Shown here: in pieces, positions 19,339 through 27,702 of the stretch | How positions within the stretch are numbered: position 1 is the stretch's first letter | Layout: each line of letters starts with the position of its first letter | Assembly: GCA_050952625.1 (NCBI GenBank) | Contig: JBMNLH010000003.1 | Span: 4,807-68,806 of the forward strand | Direction: 5' to 3' | Source of the DNA: Bacillota bacterium | Lineage (GTDB): Bacteria; Bacillota; Ch66; Ch109 | Length of the DNA: 64,000 nt | The notes under the pieces: generated by a model | Told to the model about the DNA's origin: nothing | Seen by the model: only the letters and a program-made list of their open reading frames with translations | Databases searched by the model: none | Position numbers and translations under genes: made by a program

Positions 19339-20328
19339 TCAGCGTGGTGCTTTATACAAGCTTCGGTTATCCAGCACCCAAATTCGGGGCGTGAATTCAC
19401 CCTCAGCCACGTTTTCCAGAGCTTTAGCCATATCATACATTCGGGCATCAATCAGATCGAGGTAATGCAACAGTTCCGCTTCCGGGATCTTGGGCCGGAC
19501 CGGACTGCCCATCTCTGGTTCAGAATGGTGGGCAAGAAGCATATGTTGCAGCAGTAAGGCAACCTCTTCATCTGCGCCCAGTTCCTGGGCCACCAGGGCA
19601 ATTTGCTTAACTCCCAGCACCAGATGGCCTAATAATTGTCCCGGCACTGTGTAATCAGTGACTAGCCCCAGTTCATCAGCCGTCATTTCTTCGATTTTGG
19701 CGATATCATGCAGAATAATGCCGGCATATAACAGGTCCGGATTAATCAGGGTGTAGATTTCACTAAGTTTTTCACCGGCTTTTAGCATGGTATAGATATG
19801 ATAAAGCAGCCCGGAACGGATCGAATGATGATTCTTTTTCGCCGCCGGGTAGCGCAGTAACTTCTCCCGGTTTTTATCCAAAATGCAGCTGACAATCCGG
19901 TAAATGTCCTGGTTTTTAATTCTCGACACATAGTTTAAGATTTCAGTATACATAAATTCCGCTGAATAGGGAGCGGTGGGGACATAATCTTCAATGCTTA
20001 GCCGATCCTCCGGCGTAGTCAGCCGAATCTTTTCAATCCTGAGTTGAAGTTGATTCTGCCACTCCGTCACTAACCCTTTAATCTTGACCAGCACTCCAGC
20101 CGAATAACGAGCGGCCATTTCCTCGGTTGCATCCCACAGTTTCGCCCGAATCGTGCCGGTTTTGTCGCTTAACACCAGGTCTAAAAATTTTTTATTGGTA
20201 TTTGTCGTTTTATACTCAACTGCCTTGATTAAATAAAAGCCAAGGACTCCCTCACCCAGCTTTAACTGGTTGATTGATTGGTATTCCAGATAAAACCCCT
20301 CCCTACTGTACCCATTGAAAATTGGCAC
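19339..20328 (-). CDS. yhaM: 3'-5' exoribonuclease YhaM (OB-fold + HD domain)
   Basis: 329 aa, collinear with B. subtilis YhaM as I recall it (AKLWDA, YPAAKKNHHS, LYAGIILHD, LLGH, EAELLHYLD, LDNRSLYK). Confidence 0.9.
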   Translation of the reverse strand: MPIFNGYSREGFYLEYQSINQLKLGEGVLGFYLIKAVEYKTTNTNKKFLDLVLSDKTGTIRAKLWDATEEMAARYSAGVLVKIKGLVTEWQNQLQLRIEKIRLTTPEDRLSIEDYVPTAPYSAEFMYTEILNYVSRIKNQDIYRIVSCILDKNREKLLRYPAAKKNHHSIRSGLLYHIYTMLKAGEKLSEIYTLINPDLLYAGIILHDIAKIEEMTADELGLVTDYTVPGQLLGHLVLGVKQIALVAQELGADEEVALLLQHMLLAHHSEPEMGSPVRPKIPEAELLHYLDLIDARMYDMAKALENVAEGEFTPRIWVLDNRSLYKAPR

Positions 20329-20544
20329 TCCGGCTCATGAAAAACCAGTCTTCGAATCTTACCTTAAACCAGATAGCAAATCAAAAAAGCCAACGATTAT
20401 TCTACAAACGATTATTCTAAAAAAAATTATAACATATATATAAGGAAAATATCGCCATAGCCTAATTATCCTCGTGCCGGCCTGTAGATCTACGCCCGTT
20501 AAAACGGATAAACCGCGAACTAACTTTAACTTTCCAGCCAAAAG

Positions 20545-20585
20545 AAAAAACCATTCAACTCAGCCTCTCGGTCAATTGTGAATGG
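20545..20585 (-). terminator. Intrinsic terminator after the rhomboid gene
   Basis: Minus strand: CCATTCA..TGAATGG stem followed by TTTTTT. Confidence 0.7.
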
Positions 20586-20596
20586 TCTTATATTGT

Positions 20597-21289
20597 TCAA
20601 CACTCAATTTCTTCTCCCTCAATTGATTTGGGACGCATCAGCCAAAGAAGGATTATTCCACCTATAAATCCGCCGATATGGGCCCACCAAGCCACTTGAG
20701 CAACTCCCTCCACCTGTGGCGACAACCCGGACACCAATTGCAGGCCAAACCAGATGAGGATGAACCATATCGCCGGTATCTGCACAATTCGCACGATAAT
20801 AAACAAGATAATCAAGGTTTTAATCTTCGCCTGAGGAAAAGATAAAAGATAGGCCCCTAGGACCCCAGCTATTGCGCCACTAGCCCCCACAACCGGAATC
20901 GGCAAATAGGGATCGGAGTAAACTTGAGCCGCCCCGCCCAATGCCCCGGCAGCAAGATAAAAGAAAAAATAGCGGGCATGGCCAAGCCGATCCTCGACGT
21001 TATCGCCAAAGATCCAAAGATAGAGCATGTTTCCGATTAAATGCAGCCATCCACTATGCAAGAAAATACTGCTGAAAAAGGTTAATCCAGCTGTCAGCAA
21101 CAGTCCCGGCTCTTCTAAGGCTAAACTGATCCTTAATGGGATTAAACCATAAACGTGCGCCAGCTCCATTCTCTCGAAGGAAGATAAATAGATCGCTTCC
21201 CACAAAAAAACCAGCGTGGTGCTTAAGATCAGGGCCATATTCACATAGGGTGTTCTTTTTGGCCGCAGGCAATCTCGCAGGGGAATCAT
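20597..21289 (-). CDS. Rhomboid family intramembrane serine protease
   Basis: 230 aa, multi-TM, with HSGWLHLIGNMLYLWIFG and the catalytic GASGAIAGVLG and H motifs. Confidence 0.9.
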   Translation of the reverse strand: MIPLRDCLRPKRTPYVNMALILSTTLVFLWEAIYLSSFERMELAHVYGLIPLRISLALEEPGLLLTAGLTFFSSIFLHSGWLHLIGNMLYLWIFGDNVEDRLGHARYFFFYLAAGALGGAAQVYSDPYLPIPVVGASGAIAGVLGAYLLSFPQAKIKTLIILFIIVRIVQIPAIWFILIWFGLQLVSGLSPQVEGVAQVAWWAHIGGFIGGIILLWLMRPKSIEGEEIEC

Positions 21290-21330
21290 AAAATACCTCG
21301 CTTACTTGAAAGTATTTCTCGACTGGCCTC

Positions 21331-21420
21331 AGTTCGATCATTTTAGTTCAATCGTTTTAGTTCAATCGTTTAAGTTTGATCATTTTAGTTTGATCCCTTT
21401 AGTTCGATCGTTTTAGTTCG
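21331..21420. repeat. 14-bp tandem repeat, about 6.4 units (AGTTCGATCATTTT-like)
   Basis: Units read directly: AGTTCGATCATTTT, AGTTCAATCGTTTT, AGTTCAATCGTTTA, AGTTTGATCATTTT, AGTTTGATCCCTTT, AGTTCGATCGTTTT, AGTTCG. It begins 42 nt upstream of the rhomboid start codon. Confidence 0.95.
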
Positions 21421-21674
21421 GCCAACCCTAGTCCGGCCAGGATTAAAAACAAAACTGTTCATGGTCTAGTATTAACGGAGGCTTTATAATCAATTATAGA
21501 TGGCTTAACGGTAAATTAACACAAAATTTCCATAGACAAAGAAAGAAGCAAAAAGAAAGCTAAAAGAAAAACGATTAGTGATTGACTCAGTCGCAATTAG
21601 TGGACATAACTCATATGCAGCCTTAGAAGTAATAAAGTTTTGCTTGCTTGACATATTTTGTTATTGATATTAAT

Positions 21675-21686
21675 ATGTATATACAT
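21675..21686. promoter_or_regulatory. Palindromic candidate MarR operator 1 (ATGTATATACAT)
   Basis: Perfect 12-bp palindrome directly upstream of the marR RBS. A near-identical motif recurs at 22163. Confidence 0.4.
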
Positions 21687-21704
21687 ACATTTGCGAGGTG
21701 ACTT

Positions 21705-22145
21705 ATTATTTCAGGCTATGATCTAATTAAATGCCGGCGTTGCGCTTGCGGTAATCTTAGAAGATCGACGCGGGCCATTACGCGGTTTTACGACCACTAC
21801 CTTCACGACAGCGATTTGCGAATAACGCAGTTTTCAATGCTGCTGAATATCTCTCTGCAGGAAAATATTACGGTTACCGAACTAGCAGACATATTAATAA
21901 TGGACCAAACAACGGTAACCCGTAATTTAGAAATCCTATCTAAGAAAGGTTATATTCAAATAAGGAAAGGGAGGGATGATCACCGAAAAAGAAATATTTC
22001 CTTAACCGCTAAAGGACAGGATAAACTGCTGGAAACAATCCCATTATGGGAAAAAGCCCAATCGGCAATTGTTAACCAGGTGGGTCTCGATGAATTTAAT
22101 CGCTTTCTGCATACGCTCTCCAAAATAGCTGCCTTAGCCAAGTAG
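21705..22145 (+). CDS. MarR-family transcriptional regulator
   Basis: wHTH region LRITQFSMLLNI..ELADILIMDQTTVTRNLEILSKKGYI. The frame is open back to a TGA at 21699-21701 and encodes MarR-like LRRSTRAITRFYDHYL upstream of the TTG used by the ORF track. A GAGGTGA RBS precedes ATT codons at 21705 and 21708. Confidence 0.75.
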   Translation: MISGYDLIKCRRCACGNLRRSTRAITRFYDHYLHDSDLRITQFSMLLNISLQENITVTELADILIMDQTTVTRNLEILSKKGYIQIRKGRDDHRKRNISLTAKGQDKLLETIPLWEKAQSAIVNQVGLDEFNRFLHTLSKIAALAK

Positions 22146-22162
22146 TTTTTTGTTGCTTTAAG

Positions 22163-22174
22163 CATGTATCTACA
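22163..22174. promoter_or_regulatory. Candidate MarR operator 2 (ATGTATCTACAT)
   Basis: 11/12 identical to the site at 21675. Lies between marR and the flavoprotein gene. Confidence 0.4.
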
Positions 22175-22288
22175 TACTTATTTGTGATCATTTGTGATTA
22201 ATTAGGATTATTTATGATTATATGTGATTTATGATTATTTATAGTTACTCATCCTTAATATTCTATATTAATAGGGAGGTTAAATTGG

Positions 22289-23125
22289 ATGAAAAAAGTG
22301 CTGGGATTAGTAATTTCCGAGAGAAAATTAGGGAATAGCGAATTATTAGTCAAGGCTATTATGAGTAATATTCCTGAACCGTGCAGTTTAGAAATGATCC
22401 GTCTTACGGAATTGACGATTAAACCGTGCCAAGCCTGCTACCGCTGTCTCCAGCCGGAGACCGAGTGCCGGCAGGATGATGATTTTAATTTCCTGATCAG
22501 CAAGATAAAAGAAGCGGATGCCTTGATTATCGGCATGCCGGTTTACATTCTGGGTCCCCCAGCCTATTTCAAACTGTTGATCGACCGCTTACTGGGATCG
22601 GCCAACTACGCCAAATATACCAGTGGCAAGCCCTGTATTATTGTGCTCCCCTATGGCAAGGAAGGGTGGGAAGGTTACAGCCGGATGGCAGCCTTGACTT
22701 TACCCCGACTGCTGGAAATGAAAGTGATTGATTGCTGGCAAGTGCTGGCCCCTCTTCCCGGCGAAGTTTTTCTAAACCACGATAATCTTGAGCACGCACG
22801 AGAATTAGGATTGAACTTATTTGCCGGGCAAGAGTATCCAAAAAGGCTGCAAGATTGCCCCCACTGCGGTTCTGATCTCTTTCGATTTCTGCCGAACGGC
22901 GAGATTGAATGCGCTATTTGCTCCGCCAAAGGCACTTTAGGACCGGGCAATATACCGGATATGGCGGGTACCGATTATTGCCGTTTTTGGTCAAAAGAGT
23001 TACAAGAACACTTTAAGGACTGGTTGGTTAGGACAAAGAAAAAATTCTTGGCCGAGAAGGACAAGCTTAAAGAGGTTCAAAAATCGTATCAAGATAAGGA
23101 TTATTGGATTAAGCAAGGTAAGTGA
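22289..23125 (+). CDS. NAD(P)H-dependent FMN reductase / iron-sulfur flavoprotein-like protein with C-terminal Cys4 ribbon
   Basis: 278 aa. Flavodoxin-like N-terminus (KVLGLVISERKLGNSE..ADALIIGMPVY), a Cys cluster CQACYRC..C and a C-terminal CPHCGS..CAIC. Confidence 0.7.
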   Translation: MKKVLGLVISERKLGNSELLVKAIMSNIPEPCSLEMIRLTELTIKPCQACYRCLQPETECRQDDDFNFLISKIKEADALIIGMPVYILGPPAYFKLLIDRLLGSANYAKYTSGKPCIIVLPYGKEGWEGYSRMAALTLPRLLEMKVIDCWQVLAPLPGEVFLNHDNLEHARELGLNLFAGQEYPKRLQDCPHCGSDLFRFLPNGEIECAICSAKGTLGPGNIPDMAGTDYCRFWSKELQEHFKDWLVRTKKKFLAEKDKLKEVQKSYQDKDYWIKQGK

Positions 23126-23130
23126 ACCAT

Positions 23131-23412
23131 CTATTGAACCACCGTCGGCTTAACATTGCGGAAACTGCGAGTCTTAAGAATTGGGCCGCCATCAACATCA
23201 ACCCCATAACAACAATTCTCAGAGTACAACCAAGAGGAGTATTTTCGACCTGCCATGAATTGAATTAGTGGTTTCACAGGTTTTCTCCCTGGCTGGCAGT
23301 CGGACATGTCCAACTGTAACGGACTTATTTCCACCGACACCTGCTCATTCAGCTTGAACTGTCTACTCCAGCGTCTTTCGCCGTCAACACTTAATGAAGC
23401 GATGGACCGCAT
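23131..23412 (-). CDS. Hypothetical protein (weak call)
   Basis: The only long ORF in this gap. No recognisable motif and no obvious RBS. Confidence 0.25.
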   Translation of the reverse strand: MRSIASLSVDGERRWSRQFKLNEQVSVEISPLQLDMSDCQPGRKPVKPLIQFMAGRKYSSWLYSENCCYGVDVDGGPILKTRSFRNVKPTVVQ

Positions 23413-23525
23413 ATCAAAATTACTTGACTTTTAACTGTAAAAAATGTTTTGCAACGGACCCTTAGATGGAAGTCAGATGCGACAAAACAAAAACCGCGCA
23501 ATCCGCGCGGTTCCTGGAAAAATAA

Positions 23526-23601
23526 TGGTGAGCCATGGTGGACTCGAACCACCGACACCCTGATTAAAAGTCAGGTGCTCTACCGACTGAGCTAATGGCC
23601 C
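23526..23601 (-). tRNA. tRNA-Lys (anticodon UUU)
   Basis: The reverse complement reads GGGCCATTAGCTCAGTCGGTAGAGCACCTGACTTTTAATCAGG..GGTTCGAGTCCACCATGGCTCACCA. Anticodon loop CTTTTAA, CCA encoded. Confidence 0.9.
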
Positions 23602-23645
23602 ACTAAAAATATCTAATTTGAAATATCTAATTTGCTTTGAAAAAA

Positions 23646-23721
23646 TGGCTGGGGCGGCTGGACTCGAACCAACGCATGCGGGAGTCAAAGTCCCGTGCCT
23701 TACCGACTTGGCTACGCCCCA
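23646..23721 (-). tRNA. tRNA-Gln (anticodon UUG)
   Basis: The reverse complement reads TGGGGCGTAGCCAAGTCGGTAAGGCACGGGACTTTGACTCCCG..GGTTCGAGTCCAGCCGCCCCAGCCA. Anticodon loop CTTTGAC. Confidence 0.9.
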
Positions 23722-23831
23722 GCGGTAGTTTTGTTGCGCTATTATTTTTGCGCCCAGTGAAAAAGTATAGAGGAATTTTCCGTCTGTGTCAAGGGCCTGA
23801 TCTAAAAAAAATCGGCTCTTTTTTGTTCAAA

Positions 23832-23908
23832 ATGGCGCGCCCGGCAGGGCTCGAACCTGCGACCTGCGGATTCGAAGTCCGTCACTCTATCCAACTGAGC
23901 TACGGGCG
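23832..23908 (-). tRNA. tRNA-Arg (anticodon UCG)
   Basis: The reverse complement reads GCGCCCGTAGCTCAGTTGGATAGAGTGACGGACTTCGAATCCG..GGTTCGAGCCCTGCCGGGCGCGCCA. Anticodon loop CTTCGAA. Confidence 0.9.
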
Positions 23909-23914
23909 CATTAA

Positions 23915-23993
23915 TTGGGGTGGATGATGGGACTTGAACCCACGACCCCCAGAGCCACAATCTGGTGCTCTAGCCGACTGAGCTACACCCACC
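23915..23993 (-). tRNA. tRNA-His (anticodon GUG, encoded G-1)
   Basis: The reverse complement reads GGTGGGTGTAGCTCAGTCGGCTAGAGCACCAGATTGTGGCTCTGG..TTCAAGTCCCATCATCCACCCCA. Anticodon loop TTGTGGC, with an extra 5' G typical of tRNA-His. Confidence 0.85.
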
Positions 23994-24217
23994 ACATAAT
24001 GAATTTTTTTCGCGGGTTATACCCGCGAGAGTTATCGTAACAAATTTGACTGTTCGTGTCAAGATGGAGTTAACGGCAAATACCCAACAAACTGAGTACT
24101 CGCCGCCTAAAAATTTTCTAATTTGACTTTATCACGCGGTCAATAAAGCAAGATTTAAACCGGGGCTTGTCAATCACCCTCTTTAACCTTAAAATATTGC
24201 GTTGAGGAGATGATTCA

Positions 24218-24658
24218 ATGAATAATAGTCGGGGGATGCGTCGAGCCCAACATAGAGATGAAAATCGCAAAAAACGCAAAGAGTTAAAGAAACGTTCCGC
24301 CCCCGTTTTAATGCAAGCAAAAGAAACGTCAGAGAAACCTAAGGTCCAGCCTCAAATGAGTCCCCGCACTCTGAGTCTAAGTTATTTTTTATGTATGACG
24401 GCTAATTTAATCACTATTTTATCATCAGTCGTCTTTCCGGTTATGCAGAATCAAAGTTTAAGTATTCAGTCTCTGTTTCATGGCAGCGATAGCTTGCCTA
24501 GCCTGCTTTTTCAATTAGCAGCCTTGGTCATAGTAAACCTGATGCTTTACCGACTCTTATTGAAATTCAACAGAAACGCCCAGGCCAAAACATTGGGGAT
24601 ATTTGGTGTTTTTGCGGCGGCTATCCTGATAATTCAGGCCGCTGTAACCCTTTTTTAA
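24218..24658 (+). CDS. Hypothetical membrane protein with basic N-terminus
   Basis: 146 aa. K/R-rich N-terminus followed by three hydrophobic segments. GAGGAG RBS before the ATG. Confidence 0.5.
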   Translation: MNNSRGMRRAQHRDENRKKRKELKKRSAPVLMQAKETSEKPKVQPQMSPRTLSLSYFLCMTANLITILSSVVFPVMQNQSLSIQSLFHGSDSLPSLLFQLAALVIVNLMLYRLLLKFNRNAQAKTLGIFGVFAAAILIIQAAVTLF

Positions 24659-24887
24659 AAGCTTTATTGATATTCCACTCTTGGGGAGTAGAACCATCTA
24701 ATCAAACAGTTCTTATTATAAAAATGTAAAATGAAGTAAAAAAACCTAGTAAATTCGAGAATTTGCAAATAATAACGATTTAAGATAACCTAATTCACTC
24801 TGAAAAAGATTGTCAAATACAGACGTAATGTAGTATTATCTATAATTATAGATATATATCTTTACATAGGGGGTTCAGAAATTTGGC

Positions 24888-25085
24888 ATGACGGAACAAT
24901 TGGCAGAGCTCTCGAATGAAATAGAGCAGGCGAGAGTAAAACTTATGGATCTCGGTATGAAATACTCCCTATTTTCAACTGAGGTTGTGGCCCTGAGCGG
25001 AAAACTCGATGAACTAATCGTTAGGTTTCATCGTTTAGCTCAAGATAGCAAGGAGTTATGTAAAACCGACCTTTTGTTATCATAA
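24888..25085 (+). CDS. Spo0E-like aspartyl-phosphate phosphatase
   Basis: 65 aa. The pattern LSNEIEQARVKLMDL....SLFSTEVVALSGKLDELIVRFHRL fits the Spo0E family. Terminator at 25154-25184. Confidence 0.7.
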   Translation: MTEQLAELSNEIEQARVKLMDLGMKYSLFSTEVVALSGKLDELIVRFHRLAQDSKELCKTDLLLS

Positions 25086-25153
25086 TTTTATTTAGCCACA
25101 ATCTTCCGATCCAATAAAACTTATCGCCAATACTAAAATCCACAGATGGAAAC

Positions 25154-25184
25154 ACTTCCCGCTAAACAGCGGGAGTTTTTTTTC
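25154..25184 (+). terminator. Intrinsic terminator
   Basis: ACTTCCCGC..GCGGGAGT stem followed by a T8 run. Confidence 0.75.
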
Positions 25185-25249
25185 TTAAAAAAGCAAATTA
25201 ATATCTACAAGGGAGCTGTTCAATTAGTTTAATTATGGAGGGATATAGT

Positions 25250-25468
25250 TTGCGCGAAGTAACAGCGAGCGAGCTACTGGCCATGAGAGAGTTACTCCAA
25301 ATGGAATCCGTTGGATTGGCTAAAATTCAGGCTATGGAATCAATGATTGATGATAGCCAACTCAGGGCTGCCGCCCGGACTAGTATTCGAGCCATGCAGA
25401 ATCGGATCCGTAGCTTACAGCAGTTTATTGAAGATAACCACCTAATTCATTCCCGGGAGGTGTTCTAA
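25250..25468 (+). CDS. Small helical protein, partner of the CotF-like gene
   Basis: The ORF track starts at 25235, but that ATG lies inside the GGAGGGA RBS, so the TTG at 25250 is likelier. The stop overlaps the start of the next gene (TAAATG). Confidence 0.5.
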   Translation: MREVTASELLAMRELLQMESVGLAKIQAMESMIDDSQLRAAARTSIRAMQNRIRSLQQFIEDNHLIHSREVF

Positions 25469-25780
25469 ATGGCTACTTTTCTTGACCGTCTGCTCGGAAC
25501 ACCGGGTGATACCTTAAATGATCAAATTATCGCCAATGATATGCTTTTAGGTGCTAAAGGTGCGGCAACTGCCTATTTTCTGGCGTCTATAGAATCAGCC
25601 AACCCTGAAATACGCCGCCTTTTTTTCGACCACGCCACTCAATTGGTTCAGTCTCATGGTACTCTAACGGAAATGACTTTAGAACGCGGCTGGTATCAAG
25701 CTTATGGTTCGCCCGAGGATCAATTACTAGACTGGTATGAAGCTTCCCGCGAACTTGTTCATCCGGCTGAGTCGCACTAA
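25469..25780 (+). CDS. Spore coat protein F-like (Coat_F domain)
   Basis: 103 aa. LNDQIIANDMLLGAKGAATAYFLASIESANPEIRRLF is typical of the CotF family. Confidence 0.7.
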   Translation: MATFLDRLLGTPGDTLNDQIIANDMLLGAKGAATAYFLASIESANPEIRRLFFDHATQLVQSHGTLTEMTLERGWYQAYGSPEDQLLDWYEASRELVHPAESH

Positions 25781-25790
25781 ACCGGGACAG

Positions 25791-25812
25791 GGGGACAGGT
25801 TCACTGTCCCGG
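25791..25812 (+). repeat. RE-C palindrome GGGGACAGGTTCACTGTCCCGG
   Basis: Hairpin immediately after the CotF-like stop, followed by a T-rich stretch. An extra half-site CCGGGACAG precedes it at 25783. Confidence 0.8.
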
Positions 25813-26108
25813 TTGATCTTTTATGTTTTAACTCAGTCAGCACAGGCTAGACTTGGAGCGCGAAAGCAAATATGCTGAGCGATTATGATTTTTCATTGCA
25901 GATGTGCTGATGGTGCTGCTTAGCGACACTAAAGGTAAACTTATAAAAAAACAAAAATCCTGGCTTTACCAGGAGCAGGGGCTTTATTAATTATCCGATG
26001 ATAATTAATAATTGATCTTATTGGTTGGGCTATTATTATCGATGGTTTTACCTAGTGAGCATAGGCAGTTAACAAACAATATAACAAAACATATTATATT
26101 GGCACTAA

Positions 26109-26185
26109 TGGCGTCCCGGGAGGGATTCGAACCCCCGACCCACGGCTTAGAAGGCCGTTGCTCTGTCCAGCTGAGCTACCGGGAC
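26109..26185 (-). tRNA. tRNA-Arg (anticodon UCU)
   Basis: The reverse complement reads GTCCCGGTAGCTCAGCTGGACAGAGCAACGGCCTTCTAAGCCGT..GGTTCGAATCCCTCCCGGGACGCCA. Anticodon loop CTTCTAA. Confidence 0.9.
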
Positions 26186-26268
26186 CGCTCAAGAGACAAT
26201 GCAAACGCATCTAATAAGCTAAGGGATAGCCAAGTGGTTATCCCTGCTTTTATTCGCGATAAATAACT

Positions 26269-26345
26269 GGTCGGGGCAACACGACTTGAACGTGCGGCCT
26301 CCTGCTCCCAAGGCAGGCGCTCTACCAAACTGAGCTATGCCCCGA
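26269..26345 (-). tRNA. tRNA-Pro (anticodon UGG)
   Basis: The reverse complement reads CGGGGCATAGCTCAGTTTGGTAGAGCGCCTGCCTTGGGAGCAGG..GTTCAAGTCGTGTTGCCCCGACCA. Anticodon loop CTTGGGA. Confidence 0.9.
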
Positions 26346-26446
26346 CTCGCAAGAACCATTATATATCACAGATATGGTTTGGTCAAGAGAATTGATCAAT
26401 ATCCTTATAGAAATAGAGTCCGGTGAGTTTAGTGTCGTGTCATTCC

Positions 26447-26605
26447 GATGAATATAACCATTTATTCGTTTATTATGGTGCGGGCAATGCATGACTAATT
26501 CTGAGCGAAGCGAAGAATCCCTCCTACGGCTGAAAAATAAGATCCTTCGCTAACGCTCAGGATGACGTATGTCCGCTATTTTCATAGTGGTTGTGTTCTT
26601 GCAGG
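26447..26605 (-). repeat. RE-B full composite copy
   Basis: The reverse complement reads ..ACACAACCACTATGAAAATAGCGGACATACGTCATCCTGAGCGTTAGCGAAGGATC..ATTCTTCGCTTCGCTCAGAATTAGTCATGCATTGCCCGCACC..TTATATTCATC. It contains an internal inverted repeat (26499-26519 versus 26541-26566). Confidence 0.8.
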
Positions 26606-26607
26606 AT

Positions 26608-27102
26608 TCAGATTGGCAGTTCTAAAATCTCAGTTCTTAGCTTTTCCCCGTCAATTGTGACTAGTCCATAGGTTGGCTTACGGTTGCGGGGTTTGGTCAG
26701 ACTGCCGGGATTTAGAATAATCATGTCTTCAACGGTCTCCTGTACGGCGACATGCGTATGACCATAGATGACTAGGTTGGCCCCCACTTCCTTACCTCGA
26801 TAAAAGAGGTTTAAAAAGCTGCTTTTAGCTCCATACAGGTGGCCATGGGTAAGATAAATACGTTTCCCTTCAAATGCCAGGGTCTGTTCTTTTGGTCCGC
26901 TCGACATAAAATCACAGTTTCCCAGCACCCCAATAACTTCTATCCCCAGGAGTTGACTCAAACGATTACCGTCACGATAATAGTCGCCAGTATGTAAGAC
27001 CAGGTCAATTTGTCCTAATGACTTGAGGGCTTGTTCGGCCAATTTAATGTCTCCGTGGGTGTCACCAAGTACACCAATCCGGGTCATTTCCCGCCACCTC
27101 AT
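26608..27102 (-). CDS. ysnB: YfcE/YsnB-type metallophosphoesterase
   Basis: 164 aa with GDTHGD, HTGD, GNCD, HGH and GHTH motifs. Follows rdgB, as in B. subtilis rph-ysnA-ysnB. Confidence 0.85.
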   Translation of the reverse strand: MRWREMTRIGVLGDTHGDIKLAEQALKSLGQIDLVLHTGDYYRDGNRLSQLLGIEVIGVLGNCDFMSSGPKEQTLAFEGKRIYLTHGHLYGAKSSFLNLFYRGKEVGANLVIYGHTHVAVQETVEDMIILNPGSLTKPRNRKPTYGLVTIDGEKLRTEILELPI

Positions 27103-27702
27103 TCACCGTTTCAAGATAGACAATAGAATGGGAATTGCTTGTTTCAGGGCCTGCGACCGATGGCTGATCTTATTTTTACTTGCCATATTCAATTGGGCTA
27201 ACGTTAGTCCCGACCCGGGGATAATAAACAGAGGGTCATACCCAAATCCCTGATCCCCGACCATTGCGTAGCCGATCTGCCCCTCGCAGGTTCCCTCTGC
27301 CAGATAACTTTGTCCGGTTGGCTCAACTATGGCAACCACACAGCGAAAACGGGCAGTCCTTTTTTCGGGTGCAATCCCGGCCATCAGAGCCAGCAGCTTT
27401 TGATTATTCCGCCAATCACTAGCCGGCTCCCCGGCAAAACGGGCCGACAGAACTCCCGGTCGCCCGTCCAGGCAGTCAACCTCTAAACCCGAATCATCCC
27501 CCAGAGTTAACAGGCCAGTCTGCTTAGCTACAGTGGTTGCTTTAATTAAGGCGTTTTCGGCAAAGGTGCTCCCGGTTTCTTCTATTTCGGGTAAATCCGG
27601 AAAGTCTTTCAGAGATAAGACTTCCAAAGGATAATCAGCCAGAAGTGCCTTGACCTCACGCAGTTTACCCTGATTTTTCGTGGCGACGACTAACTTTTCC
27701 AT
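27103..27702 (-). CDS. rdgB: Non-canonical purine NTP pyrophosphatase (RdgB/HAM1)
   Basis: 199 aa with [28 protein letters not shown] and FGYDP.F motifs. Confidence 0.9.
   Translation of the reverse strand: MEKLVVATKNQGKLREVKALLADYPLEVLSLKDFPDLPEIEETGSTFAENALIKATTVAKQTGLLTLGDDSGLEVDCLDGRPGVLSARFAGEPASDWRNNQKLLALMAGIAPEKRTARFRCVVAIVEPTGQSYLAEGTCEGQIGYAMVGDQGFGYDPLFIIPGSGLTLAQLNMASKNKISHRSQALKQAIPILLSILKR

Noticed and set aside
23473-23927. ORFs 23473..23688 (-) and 23637..23927 (+), and likewise 26012..26266 (+)
   Set aside because: They are composed largely of tRNA gene sequence read in protein frames.
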